From positions 62,001 to 126,000 of the forward strand of contig JAPEUD010000017.1 of assembly GCA_026026165.1 (NCBI GenBank): a DNA stretch of 64,000 nucleotides, written 5' to 3'. The notes below the pieces were generated by a model. The model had not been told where the DNA came from, ran no database searches, and saw only the letters and a program-made list of their open reading frames with translations. Source of the DNA: Sarea resinae (lineage: Eukaryota). A program made the translations under genes and the position numbers. Every line of letters starts with the position of its first letter. Position 1 is the first letter of the stretch. This document shows positions 37,261 through 48,930 of the stretch, piece by piece.

Positions 37261-38277
37261 TCGGCTTAGCAGCATACATACCCGGTGGCGTTAGAAAAGC
37301 GTGCATCAATATCAGGTTGGCACAGAAGCTTCGTCTGGCTATGGATTTGCCCACTTTGCTCACGATGGTGGAAAAGTCGAGTACATAGACGCAAGATATT
37401 CATCTCCCCAGATGCATTCCAGTCGAGAACCGAGCGAAAGCACATTACGTAGTATTCTGGCAAGAATTGCCTTGGTCGATTCTGAGCTTCGATCAAGAGT
37501 TTACTCTGTAGACCGTCCATGGATGGTATGAATGCTTGCACTTCATCCAAGGTGTGCTTGGTATCCAGGCATGGACCAATGGTCTTCCCTTCCAGGGTTG
37601 CGATACGCGATCCAGGCCGAACATGGCAGATTCTGCCGGTAAGGTCCGCCTTGTCAGGTCACTGCCTCACCGCCTGCCCCTGAAGCTCACTTTCCCCTGC
37701 ATGGTCCCAATGGCAGCTCTCCGCTGTCTACTCATAGTACTACTCCGGGCTGCTCTGGGACAGCACTCCATGTGTCCTCAAGAAGCTTGAGGGTCGTGCG
37801 AGACGGAGTACGCAGTACGTCTTTCTACAGCAGGCCATCTCCTCTCGGCGAGGCACGCTACAGGGAGCATGACTAGAGTACATACTACGTAGTAGGAGAC
37901 AGATCGATCCGCACGCCGCGTCAGGGGGTGCGTGATCAGCTCACCCTCAAGGACCTGTACCAGAATGCCAGCCAAGAGTACGAGCATGCAGTACTGGACC
38001 GAGGCTTTCGACCGATGTATCTATCTCGTGTTTCTGATACAACAGAATCTCCTGCGTACATACTCCGGAGTACTCTCTTGACTCTGCACCACGCGGCATC
38101 CGGGTACCGAGATGGACATCACATTATGTCTCCGGTTCCAGAACAATGGGCAAGCAGCTGGGGCCAGATCGATATATCCTCGGTCTTCCTGCAGCCTCGT
38201 CTGTATGAAAAGTACTGTCCCCATCGTCATCTCTGTTTTCAGCGCCCTCGGCGGTCTTCTGCCTCTCGGAGATTCTG

Positions 38278-39513
38278 ATGGGTCTGGAGCATTCGGATGC
38301 AGAACCTTTTCCCCCCAACATGGACAAGAATTCCTGTTCTTCCCTCCTGGATTTTCTCTCCTTTAACTTGATTCATCTCATCGCGCTCTCGAGATATCTC
38401 ATACGTCAGACGCTGTATCTCATCTACCGCGCTGTCACATACCTTTCCTGTCCAGACACCATGAACACGCTTCTTGATCGATTTCTCCATTGCATCACAT
38501 TTGTAAAAGATCTTATACGCCGAACATTACATCTTATCCACCATGCCATAAATTGCCTTTGCCGTCGGACCTTGCTTTTTATTCACTTTGCTATCGAATC
38601 TCTCCTGCAGCTGGACACAGCACTAACAGTGCCACAACTGAAAGACTCTTTATACTATCATGTCCACCTGTACGTCGCCGTCTCAAAATATTACATGTAT
38701 CGAACCCTGGATTCCACCTACCATGCCAGTGAATCCTTCCCCCGTCCGGACGTGGCAACCATTCTTCCAAGCCTGATCCAACTGTGTCTACTCTTCTACC
38801 TAACCAGCGTCGTGCAATCTACGGTACCGCGGGAGCTGTGGCTGTTTCTGGCTGGTCTTGCGTGGCTGAAGTTGCAAGAAGCTTATCCATCCCTTTCCAT
38901 CGATGCGCATCGTTATCTTGGTCAGAAACACAACCTCTGTGAAGCTGCCGAGTACAATCTCGGGGCGCATCAGACTATTCCCGGTTCATTCCCCGCGGAA
39001 ATGAATGGCGATTCGTCGTCACCCTCGTCACAGTCGGAGGTCTGGATCCAAATCACGACGGAGTCATTATCCTGGACCCAGTCCGCCCTACGAGCGCACC
39101 ACTCCGCCCTCGATCTCAAGACCGCCATCGCCGCCGAAACCCGGCACATCGAAAGCGCGCATGCACGTCTCCGAGCGTGCGAGACCAAGTTGCCCAGCGA
39201 CAAGAGCTTCTTTGGGCCGAAATCGTGGAAGGCCTGGGACGGCATCGGCCGGCTGGTGGCGAGCAAGAAGGCGGAAGAAGACCGCATCCGGAAACACGTG
39301 CGCATTAGGACCGACTTGGAGCGTGACTTGGGCCAGATCCTGGAGCTCCGCGATCGGTACTCGGCCGTGCTTTTCACGGAGCTGGGGAGTCAGTTGAAGC
39401 GGGCAGGGGTGCCGACCACGTCTGATGGGCCGGACTTGGATGCTGATGATATGAGCGCTACAGGTGATGATACGGACGGAGAGACAGAGACTGTGTCGAT
39501 GAGGAGTTCGTAG
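38278..39513 (+). CDS. Orphan hypothetical protein, 411 aa: N-terminal degenerate repeats, hydrophobic segments, coiled-coil-like C-half, acidic tail
   Basis: Uninterrupted 1.2-kb ATG-initiated ORF in an otherwise empty interval; C/G-ending codons in the 3' half; no recognised family. Confidence 0.6.
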   Translation: MGLEHSDAEPFPPNMDKNSCSSLLDFLSFNLIHLIALSRYLIRQTLYLIYRAVTYLSCPDTMNTLLDRFLHCITFVKDLIRRTLHLIHHAINCLCRRTLLFIHFAIESLLQLDTALTVPQLKDSLYYHVHLYVAVSKYYMYRTLDSTYHASESFPRPDVATILPSLIQLCLLFYLTSVVQSTVPRELWLFLAGLAWLKLQEAYPSLSIDAHRYLGQKHNLCEAAEYNLGAHQTIPGSFPAEMNGDSSSPSSQSEVWIQITTESLSWTQSALRAHHSALDLKTAIAAETRHIESAHARLRACETKLPSDKSFFGPKSWKAWDGIGRLVASKKAEEDRIRKHVRIRTDLERDLGQILELRDRYSAVLFTELGSQLKRAGVPTTSDGPDLDADDMSATGDDTDGETETVSMRSS

Positions 39514-39546
39514 TGGAGAGGGCCACTGATGGTGAGAAGCTCTTCT

Positions 39547-39588
<42 letters not shown>
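39547..39588. repeat. (CAG)14 microsatellite just 3' of the 38278-39513 ORF
   Basis: Perfect cag x14. Confidence 0.97.
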
Positions 39589-39589
<1 letters not shown>

Positions 39590-40291
39590 TAACCAGAACG
39601 ACAAGATCGCCACATGCTAACGAGGTGTATGGCGGCTCTTAATGCTCGGTCGGTGCTCCAGGAATTCGGGGGTTTCTTGACGCGATGGCGTTTTCTATTT
39701 CCCTTCCCCATCAGAGCCGAACTTCGCTTTTTCGCCTACCACGGGTATTCCGAAATCCTGTCGCATCCTACTGGCCAGAGATGAAGGGGGTCCCTGTCTC
39801 TGGCCAGCTTTTGTGTTTGTACTTTGTATCCATCAGGAGTTGGGGAAATTGGAGAATCACGACGTTGACGAAGCACCAGAGGGATCTTGATTGATACGGT
39901 TCATCAAGCATATCATCGATTCTATTGTATTTCGGTCTAGAAGGCACTGTGCGTCCAATCCAAAGTCTAGAAAGCTCTAGTTCCACCCAACCGTTTCTCT
40001 GCACGTCTGTTGCGTTGGGCCACAAATGGAAGAAAGTCAAGAAACGACATCTTCAAAGGGAAGCAACTCGAAGATCGTCTGGTCGTCCAATGTCGTCCAT
40101 TCCTATCCTCTCATGCAGTCATGGATACCAACAGATCGATCAATTCGTCGTTCAGCGCACACGGCTCGTCGGCCTATGCAATACTAAAGCATCCCCCCAA
40201 CCCAATCCCGTCGATCCTTCTATAGATGCCGTCAGATCGCTCGGTCAAAGTCTCCCCACTCAGGACTCTCCTCGTGAAACAGAAGGTATCA

Positions 40292-41375
40292 TCAGACCTT
40301 AGCCTTCGGATTCGGGTATGTGTTCTGCTGTCTCTCCGCCTTCTCCTTGGACTTTTCGCGCGTGAGCTTCAGCTGCGTCTTCTCGGCCTCGCCGAGCGGG
40401 TGCTCGGTCCCCCGGCGCAGCTCGCGGGATTCGGGCGTCTCGATCAGCGAGGCGTTGGCGTCGTCTGAGTCCCCGGCTGTGAAGCGGTAGGAGCGGAATT
40501 CCGTGTTGGTCCAGCCGGTACCTGCTAGACCATTAGGCTGTCTGCTCTTATTGATTCAAGGTGGTGAGGAGGGTTTTGAAAAATGAGGGGATGGCTGACC
40601 TTCGTATTTGTTACTATCGGTCCAATCCTCGGTGAAGAAATGGAGGAAGCCGCCGTGTGTCACGAGGACGATTTCTTTTTCCGGCCGGGCCTTGAGCCAA
40701 TTCCTGGCAGCTTTTGCACGCGCGCGCACGGTCTCCGAGTCCGGTGCCCATTTGCCTTGCTGGAAATGAGGTCAGTAACTTTGTTAGAAACTGGTGGGAC
40801 GGACGAAGCCTGAATCAACCATTTCCATGCCTGGGATTGAACGGACCTTGCTATTCCACCCTTCCTGCACCAACGACAAATCCACGGGTTTGTCCTTCAT
40901 CTCTGCCGCCAAAACGCTTCGATCACTGCCCGTATCGCATGGCAGATCGCTCGTCTCTTGGGCTTCCGGCAGCGCAATGACCTTGATGCCCCTCTTGAGC
41001 TCCGGCTCAAAGCCCAGAAGTGTCGTGTAGATGGTTCGGCGGATGGGCGAGCAGACGAGGAGATCGACGTTGTGGTGGTAGGGGAAACGGTCGCGGAGTT
41101 GGCGGCATTGCTCTTCGCCGAAAGGGGTCAGCGAGGGATCGTGCATGCCATGGTTTGCCACGCTGAGATTATGGTAGCCCTGGAGATAGCGATGTCAGTC
41201 AGGAGACTGCACAATTGCCGTTGAGGGTTCGGAAAGGGCTTGATGCTGACCTGGGCGTGGCGGACGCAATGGATGATGGGAGCCACTGTTGCGCGAAATG
41301 GTCGTCAGCTGCGATTCCATTAAACCGCGCATACACAAGCAAGAGAAAGGTTTCTGTCAATCTGTCCAACTCACT
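40292..41375 (-). CDS. Histidine phosphatase / phosphoglycerate mutase-like protein; 5 exons; start codon split by intron 41286-41374
   Basis: MAPIIHCVRHAQ|GYHN (RHG-type motif as RHA), DPSLTPFGEEQC, LVCSPIRRTIYT, QETSDLPCDTGS, IVLVTHGGFLH, GTGWTNTEFRSY; ends KAKV*. Confidence 0.92.
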
Positions 41376-42131
41376 TCTGTAATGTGAATTGCGAGTCGAC
41401 AATGATGCCTGCTATGAGTGCTCGTTTGGTTCCAAGACAGCAGACGTAGTCGTAGTACACCAAGGAAAGGGAAATGTGGTTCAGAAATGGAGATGCGGTT
41501 GATGATGTAGGTAGGTCGATCAAATGTAGATGTGTGCATGGATAGAAGGAAGATAAGGTACTTCATCAGCTGCGCCATGAGAAGATTCTGCCACGCCCCA
41601 CGAACCCGATCGTCATTGGCCTGAAGGGTTTGGTCGAAGGCGGTGTGTTGCACATGTCAGTCATTCGGCCGACCTGCCATTCCGAACCGACGTCATCGGC
41701 CCGGTTGACTCAAGGATCGCTCGACTTTCCTTTCTCGGACGAAGACTCTCGTCCCTGAACGCCTTACTCTACGGAGTACTATGTACTCGCGCAACAGGTG
41801 ATGTGATAATAATGCCTCAATTGGCCTGATAGTGACGGGGCTCATTCCCTTTGATATTATTGGGAGAGATGCCAGTATATTTTCTATTCAAGGACCTAAT
41901 GCCAAGGAGATACAGAGGGTCCTTCCCTCGATGGGACACCTGGCGAAAGATTGCACCGAAGATAACCACAGACAAGCCAAATCAAATCAGACTGAGGAAT
42001 CCCCCGTTCGATCCAGCCCGCCCAACATCAGCCACTCACTCTCCACGGTGTCTCTCATGGCCGAAGAATGATGGCTACAAAAGTCCTGAGCCCAGCAGCA
42101 GACATGTTTCCATGGGTTTCATCTCATCTCA

Positions 42132-43013
42132 TCAGGCATCTGCAGGCTGAGACAGCTGGTTGATCTTGCGGACGCTGAACGGCGCACCCTCATGGGAGCC
42201 ATGAGCGGCTTTTGGTGTGATAGTCAGCCGGACACTGAACTGCAGGTGCGGGTGCAGCACCGAGCTGAAACCACGGCGGTGCAGACGATGCTCGAGCACT
42301 GCTTCCAGGTTGCGCCGGATCTCTTCCACCATCTCGTTGTACATGCTCTCGAGCTCTTTGACGCAGACGTCGGAAACGGCAATAGTGTCGTCGCCGCTGG
42401 TGGAATTGTCCGAGTCGTCGTCCGCGTTGCCGTCCGTGATGCTGCTCGTGTTGTTCTCTATTTTGGTACTCTTGGTGTCACTAGCAGAGGTGGCGCAAAC
42501 CAGTTGAGCGTTCGAGGGTTCGTCTTTTGGAAAGGCATCATTCTGCCCTTCCGCTTCGAGCGACAGAGCGATCGGCAGATCCGAGAACAAGTCGTCGTCG
42601 TCGTCGCTTTGCTGAGTGGAATAGTCAGATGGTTTGCCGGTCTCTTGTTTGGATGGGCTGAGATCATCTTCGGAAACCTCCAACTTCGCAGCCAGTGTTG
42701 GGGGAAAAGCGCCGGGCGGTGTTCCCTTTCTCTGTAGCTTGAACGCTTCGACGAGGCTGATCCTCAATTTGCTCAGGCTGGCAACAAAGCCGTTTCGAAG
42801 GTGGACCAAGCCAAAGTCCACAAGATCGACAAATGCTGTCAAGGTGAGGAAGAAGATAAGAAACTCGGTCCACGTTTTGATGTATCCCGTGAAATCCCAA
42901 TACTTTTCGGGCTCCCCGAGGAAACTTTTGAGGACGTTCAAAAGGAGGATTTGGAATCCTCTCACTTGGACCAGGTCCGAAAAGTTGTCCATTTTTGTAA
43001 AGAGGAAGTGCAT
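42132..43013 (-). CDS. Orphan hypothetical protein, 293 aa: TM helix, acidic low-complexity middle, short coiled coil
   Basis: Single ATG-initiated 882-nt ORF; hydrophobic EFLIFFLTLTAFVDLVDFGLV; TATA-like element at about 43070-43077; second ATG (aaaATGG) at about 42992. Confidence 0.6.
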   Translation of the reverse strand: MHFLFTKMDNFSDLVQVRGFQILLLNVLKSFLGEPEKYWDFTGYIKTWTEFLIFFLTLTAFVDLVDFGLVHLRNGFVASLSKLRISLVEAFKLQRKGTPPGAFPPTLAAKLEVSEDDLSPSKQETGKPSDYSTQQSDDDDDLFSDLPIALSLEAEGQNDAFPKDEPSNAQLVCATSASDTKSTKIENNTSSITDGNADDDSDNSTSGDDTIAVSDVCVKELESMYNEMVEEIRRNLEAVLEHRLHRRGFSSVLHPHLQFSVRLTITPKAAHGSHEGAPFSVRKINQLSQPADA

Positions 43014-44418
43014 TCTTTGAGACTGTCAGGTGGATTGGTCCAGAAGCAGTGCTACAGGGGGTTTTGCTCCTATATAAGCTCCTCGTAGTGGTCTTCATCG
43101 TCGCATATGTGAAATGAGCATATTCTAGAATCAGCAAACAAGGCGCGAGTAAAGAGACACACAAAGTATCTGGAAAGAAGTCGCCTCCTTCGAATGCCTT
43201 CTACCGACAGATCCATTGTCCTGGCGTAAGGCTCGGAGGAGCATGACATTGAGTGTAGAAGGAAATCCAGAATGGCTGCGTCAAGAGCATAAGGTTGAGA
43301 TAATGGCGATGCTCGGAAAGCCGCATGAAAGGGGTTTTCCGCACCTCGCCGCTTCCAACGCCTGCTGCCGACCCCTTTTCATTGTTCTACAAACGTTACG
43401 ACGGGTGTAAGAAGCCTAGTAGAGGAGTATATGCCATGTTTCTTTTCAATTCTGCGGCCGGATATCTGCATAGGTCGGAGAGATGTTGCATAGGAGCAGT
43501 GGAAATGGAAATGGAAATCTCAAAGTCAAAGAAAGAAAGCTAGGCGGAAGCTGGACTTAGAATCTTGCCGGCCTGAATCTGTAGAGCTCATCCTACTCGT
43601 ACCAGGTAGCTTACGGTATCTGGGGTATGCCCTGCGGATAAGGCTGCGCCAGGGAGACTCCGCCTTACCAGTTGTCTCGCGAGGCGGTGACAGCGCCATT
43701 TTCTCTTCATCGCCGACTGAGGTGATGGGTGGATTATACGTTGTCATGACGGGAGACCCTGACTTGCCCTTGTGGATGGTGGGCTCGGATTCCAGACCCG
43801 TCCTAGAATCCAGGAGGAAGGGACGGCTGACGGCGCAGACTGAGACGTTCGACGAGAAAGGTCAAAACTCATGACGATGGGCCAGATTAGATAAGGGCTC
43901 AGCCCGTCAGCACAGCAGCCGGGCACCTGACCCCGTCGGAAGGGGCACAGCACAGCCACTCGGCGCGCTGCCGGGGCCGCGTACGCCAGTTCAGTCGGCT
44001 CCACCCCACCTGGGGGCTCACGCGGGACGCACAAGGTACAGCTACCGGGGAGCTACTTGTCTTCACACGAGTAGATGCACGCAAAGCATGTCACTCGCGT
44101 CTCTCGGTGCTTGGATGGCGGGATAGCCTGCCTATTATTAGCCCTTATCACTTGCGCGTCATCCCGGGCGTGCCTGAGGCTCTTGGGTCGAAGAGATCAT
44201 CAGGACAAAACGGCGGTCATGTCCCCGAGAGAAACATCTTCGAGCGCTTGCCGAAATCACCAGTGCGGTATCTGTTCCCATCATGGTATTTCGCTGTCAC
44301 TGTGCCCACCCTTTCCTCCAGCGAAGCCCATAATCGTATAATCACCACGGCCGATTGATTTCCCTTCCCAATATACATATCTGCCCTCGGGCTCCATTCC
44401 AAACCCTCTTGAGCCGCG

Positions 44419-46137
44419 ATGCTGGACGAGAGTCTTCCCAGTGAGTCACCCCGATTCGAAAGTGAAAGATGAGCACAGGCTGATGAACTGTGGAAAGCCT
44501 TCTTCCTGAAATCCGCCCCAGATGGTGTCAAGCACCACACCTGCCTCTACCTCACCCAGTACGGCTCCGAGCCAGCACCGGCCTACACCCTCCAACATGC
44601 CGACCCAGCTTCTCCCGCCGCGAAGAATTGCTATGCAGCCGCCATTTTCGACTCTTTCAATCCCGACGTACTCTTCGCCGAGGTGCTTGTCCGTCCAGAG
44701 TGGACCCAGCCCAGCCTCTCGCAGGAAGAGATCCGCAAAAACGATGGGGTGCCGCCACCACCTCAGCCTATCCTGCCGACGGAATTCACCATCCAACTAT
44801 ACAACCCTGACCAGCAGGTGCTCATCACTCAGAAAGCCGGGTCATGGGGCGGGTCGCCACAGTGGGAGTTTGAAATGCCACAGCAGACGTTCCGATTACC
44901 CTCAGCCTCGACGCTCGACCGCAGCCTCAGCGATCCGGCCGCTTCCTCTACTACGCCCAAGATCAAGTTCTTATGGAAGAAGGAGGGCAAATTATCAAAG
45001 GATCTCACCTGCTCGCTGTCGGGCAAGTCTACATCTCCAGACGGAAGCAGTAAAAGGAAGAATAGAGAGCCGGACATAGTGGTGGCGTTATTCAGCTCTT
45101 TGAAGGAGATCACCATCTACGAGCCGAACTTGTACAGGGTCGATATGGAGGACCCTAAGGGGCTCGAGGTTGTGCTGTTGCTCGGTGCAGCCGTCATACG
45201 CGACATTTACTTTGGCCAGATGAAGGAGGTCTTTCACATCGCCGAACCACCTCAAAGAATTGCCGAGGGCGCACGCAAACCAAGTCTGAATAGCAAGATA
45301 TCGTCATCTCTCCTAGCTGCACCATCCAGGATCAAGAGCCCCAAACCCTCACCTCAACAATCACAACCCCGCCACGATCCTCACCGACCCACCGCCAACC
45401 CGCCTGTCAACGGACATTCCCAGCCGGCTGCTGGCGGTGTGCCCCCTCCCCACACCCGAAATCCACTCAGACACACATCTCACCCGCAACCAGGATCGTC
45501 ACACCAAGCAGTGGATCCTCGTACCCAATGGGAGATCGACGCCGAGACTGCTCGGCTCAAGAAACAGGTCGAAGCCGAAGAACGCGAGCGGCGTCGAAAA
45601 GAAGAATCACGGCAGCGCGAACGTCGCCGGCTCGAAGAAGCCGAGACTGACAGGCTGAAGAAAATGGTCAAGGCGGAGGAGGAGGAAAGAAGAAGAAGGC
45701 AAAAGGAGGCGGACAAGGAAACGGAGAGATTGAGAAAGCTATATGGCGTGCCTCCACCGAAGCACCGGGCCTCTGAATCGAGGCCTCCACAGCCGCCGCC
45801 TAGGAACGCACACTCTGCTCCCTTGACGCAGGCACCGTGGGCGCATCCGCCGCCAACGACGCAACCGCAGCAACGGCCGCATGTCCACTTTCCCGTGCAG
45901 CCACCGAGACAGCAGTCACAGCCACAACCACAGCGATTCAGCGGAAGCCCATCCCCGTATCTCCAGGCCCCATCTACAAATGGCGCGCCGCACGCCTCTT
46001 CAAGCGGGTTCTTCAGCAAGAACAGTAGCGGTGGCAAGAGACATAGCATCTTCAACCTCAGGAGTCATCACAACGATGGCAGTGGTGCGAGCAGCAGCAG
46101 CAGTAGGTTGAGCAAGAAACAGAGCTCGATGTTTTGA
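44419..46137 (+). CDS. Conserved fungal hypothetical protein with charged coiled coil and Pro/Gln-rich tail; 2 exons (intron 44441-44497)
   Basis: MLDESLPT|FFLKS splices in frame with ORF 44683-46137; FDSFNPDVLFAEVLVRPEWTQP, FTIQLYNPDQQV, YEPNLYRVDMEDPKGLEVVLLLGAAVIRDIYF. Confidence 0.85.
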
Positions 46138-46711
46138 GACCGTTTCCCCCGATACCATTGTAGATATAGCCGTCCTATCTAGTAGCGCTTCTTTGATTTC
46201 TTTATCATTGGCGTTTGGAATGAAAATCGGGACACTGCTGCCTTTTTTCCCTTCTGCGGTCGATGATACCAGTTTCTCCCGTGCTCTGTTGGTCTTCAGA
46301 CCTCTCAAGAAATTTCGAATACTATGCTCCTCTTAGCTACCTACCTTATCAATCAAAGCCCGTTTAAAAGACCCTCCCAGACCGCGCGCTTCAGAACAGA
46401 AAAAAAGAGAGATCGACCGAGACGACAACAACGGTGGCGGTGGCTCAGAGACGAGAGCCCTCGCGATTGCTTCCTCGGCCCCTGCTCAACTCTTCTTTCA
46501 TCTGCAAACATGTTTCAGCCAACGATTTTGGATCTCGTCTCGGTACTCGCATTCAGAAGCATATCCATATCCTGCTGCCGGATGCTGCGACCGTGTATGT
46601 CTCAGTCGTGAGTAGCCCTAGCCCTGGCCCTAGCGGGTTTTGTTCAGGAGGTGATGACGTCTTCTGAAAAGTTCACTACTTCTAAAACGTTGGGGGCTAC
46701 AGCTATCTCGA

Positions 46712-46822
46712 GGAGGTGAGGTGAGGTGAGGCGAGGTGAGGGATCTCGGGCTGTTTTTGGTCGGGCGATGGATTGGGATGAACAGGACAGGACAGGACAG
46801 AACGGAACGGAACAGAACAGGA
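46712..46822. repeat. Pentanucleotide repeats (GAGGT)n at about 46712-46741 and (ACAGG/ACGGA)n at about 46782-46822
   Basis: Directly visible in the convergent intergenic region. Confidence 0.8.
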
Positions 46823-47154
46823 CTCCTTTCAGGCTCGCATTCGGTTCTCAAACCGCCTGCTGTCAAAGGACGATGTGGGAACGCGGAAATGGCTAGCAGG
46901 CAAGAAGACGGATGCGCGGGCCAAATTGGATTAGATATGTATCTAGCAATGTAATTTTTGTATATCAACTGTTTTGGGGGTTCTGCTTTTGCTGGTATCT
47001 GCTGTAATCCAGGACGAGCAGATATTGGGAGTCCCATTGCACAGGCACGCAGAGAGCATCGAATGAGATTTACAGTCTCACTATGAAGCAGGGGGGTGTG
47101 ATGGAGTGTCTCAGATTTGCAGACACTTAGGGCTGATGCTAAGGTTGCACGATA

Positions 47155-48930
47155 CTACCACCCCTCGACGACCTTCATTTTGACCATCAGGTTAACGCCA
47201 GGCTTGACCGTGATCCCGCCCAGAAGCTTGGGCTTCAACTCCTTATCCACCATTTCCATTTCGAACCTCCCGAAAAGCGCCGCCACAAGACATGCAAACT
47301 CGGCCTTGCTGAAAGACTGTCCGATACAACTTCTCGGCCCCTGGAAGAACGTCATGAAGGCATAATTGTTCTCGCCGCCGCCTGAATTGGCTCTTCCAGG
47401 CCCCAACCAGCGCTCGGGGTCGAAAACACCGGGATCTTCGTCCCAGAGGGATTCCGAGTGGTTGATGGCCCACGGGCAAATGATGATACGGGTGCCTTTG
47501 GGGACAAAGTGGCCTTGAATGGAAGTATCGACGAGGGATTCGCGGAGCGTGTTGGGCACCGGCGGTATGAAACGTAGGATTTCATTGCAGACTGCCTGGA
47601 GGTAAACCAACTTGTCGATGTCGAGGGAGGTGATTTGGGAGTCGGCGGCGGAGAAAGAGGGGAGATTAGAGCGGATTTCCTGCCGCAGGCGAGTTTGTAC
47701 TTCGGGGTACTTGCAAAGAACAAAGGTCGCCCAATTAAGTGCCGCGGCTGTTGTCTCATGGCCTGCTGCTAGAAAAGTGCGAGCTTGATCGATGAGGGTT
47801 TCATCGCTGAAACCACCGCTCTCGATGGAAACAGAGAGAATATCCACGTCGGCAGCTTCATTCCTCGCGAGCTTCTCTTGCTTCTGCTTGATTAGCTGCA
47901 GACATGTCTTTCGGATGATCTTGTTCGCTTCTTTGAGCTCGGCGTTGCGCTTAATTGGTAGATTGCGCAAGAGCCAAGGAGGGAGAAATTGATTCAGGAT
48001 AGCCAGCATTCGGGCACCGCCACTGAAGGAAAAGGCCCGACGGTACGCTTGACAAAGGTCGGAGTTTTGATCTTGAATGGCCTCAAAGTCTTGGCCCATT
48101 CCGGCAACACCGATGATATCGAGTGTGACCCGGCTCGACCATGGCATGAAGTCGATCTCATTGAGAACCTGTTCTCCAGTCTCCTTTGAATACGTCGATG
48201 ACCTCTTTTCAAGTACTTCGACGAGCTCACGAGCTTTGGACCAGAACGTTGGATATAGATTTTTGATGTGACGGAACGAGAATGCTGGCATGAGATGCTT
48301 TCTTTGGAACTGTGCACGGTCAGAGTCAAAACATGAATAAGTCGAGTCATTGCCTGCTTATTTCAATTACCTTGTGATCTTCTCCTTCGGCCATGAGAAC
48401 GCCGTTACCAGTCAATCTCCCCAGTCCATTGCGTATTTGGCTCGGCTTGACAAAATCATAAGCCTTCTGGTTCAGTACCTCGGCCAGAGCCTTGGTGCTG
48501 GTTAGCAAGAGCCTTTCTCGGTCAAAAAGGCCGAGATATCGAATCAATCCATCATTAGGAATCGTATTGATCCATTCTCGCGCCGGCTCACCGCTAGGCT
48601 GGCTATAAAGAATAGGGAAATGGCCCAGAAGAAAGGTGTTGCCCTAGGTGCAGGTGTGAGATTCAGCAACGAAGCACGTAGACAGAGGAGATGAATACTT
48701 ACGGCTGGTTGTGGTAGGCCCAGGAGGGGACTAAAGAATCTCGGATAGAGGATCATGCGCCAGGTAGCCCAAACAAAGCATTGTAGCCCAAATAGTGTCA
48801 ATGCAGTCCAGACGTAAGATGTCCGGACAGAGCATGTCGGCAAGTAGATGACTATCACCATGGATCCCAAAAGAGAGGTTAAAGTCAGGCGCTGGGTCTT
48901 GCTGAGACCGAGAAAAGAGTTGGCCAACAT
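47155..48930 (-). CDS. Cytochrome P450, CYP617-like; 3 exons
   Basis: N-terminal TM anchor and LYPRFFSPL; I-helix FLAAGHETT, K-helix EILR, PERW and heme motif FFQGPRSCIG. PNDGLIRY...AEGEDHK|FQRKHLMPAFSFRHIK resembles CYP617 (family call from memory). Confidence 0.95.

Noticed and set aside
2756..46055. Long antisense or alternative-frame ORFs (e.g. 2756-3160, 11108-11701, 14574-15152, 27874-28296, 42192-42737, 45480-46055)
   Set aside because: Shadows of real CDSs on the opposite strand or in another frame.
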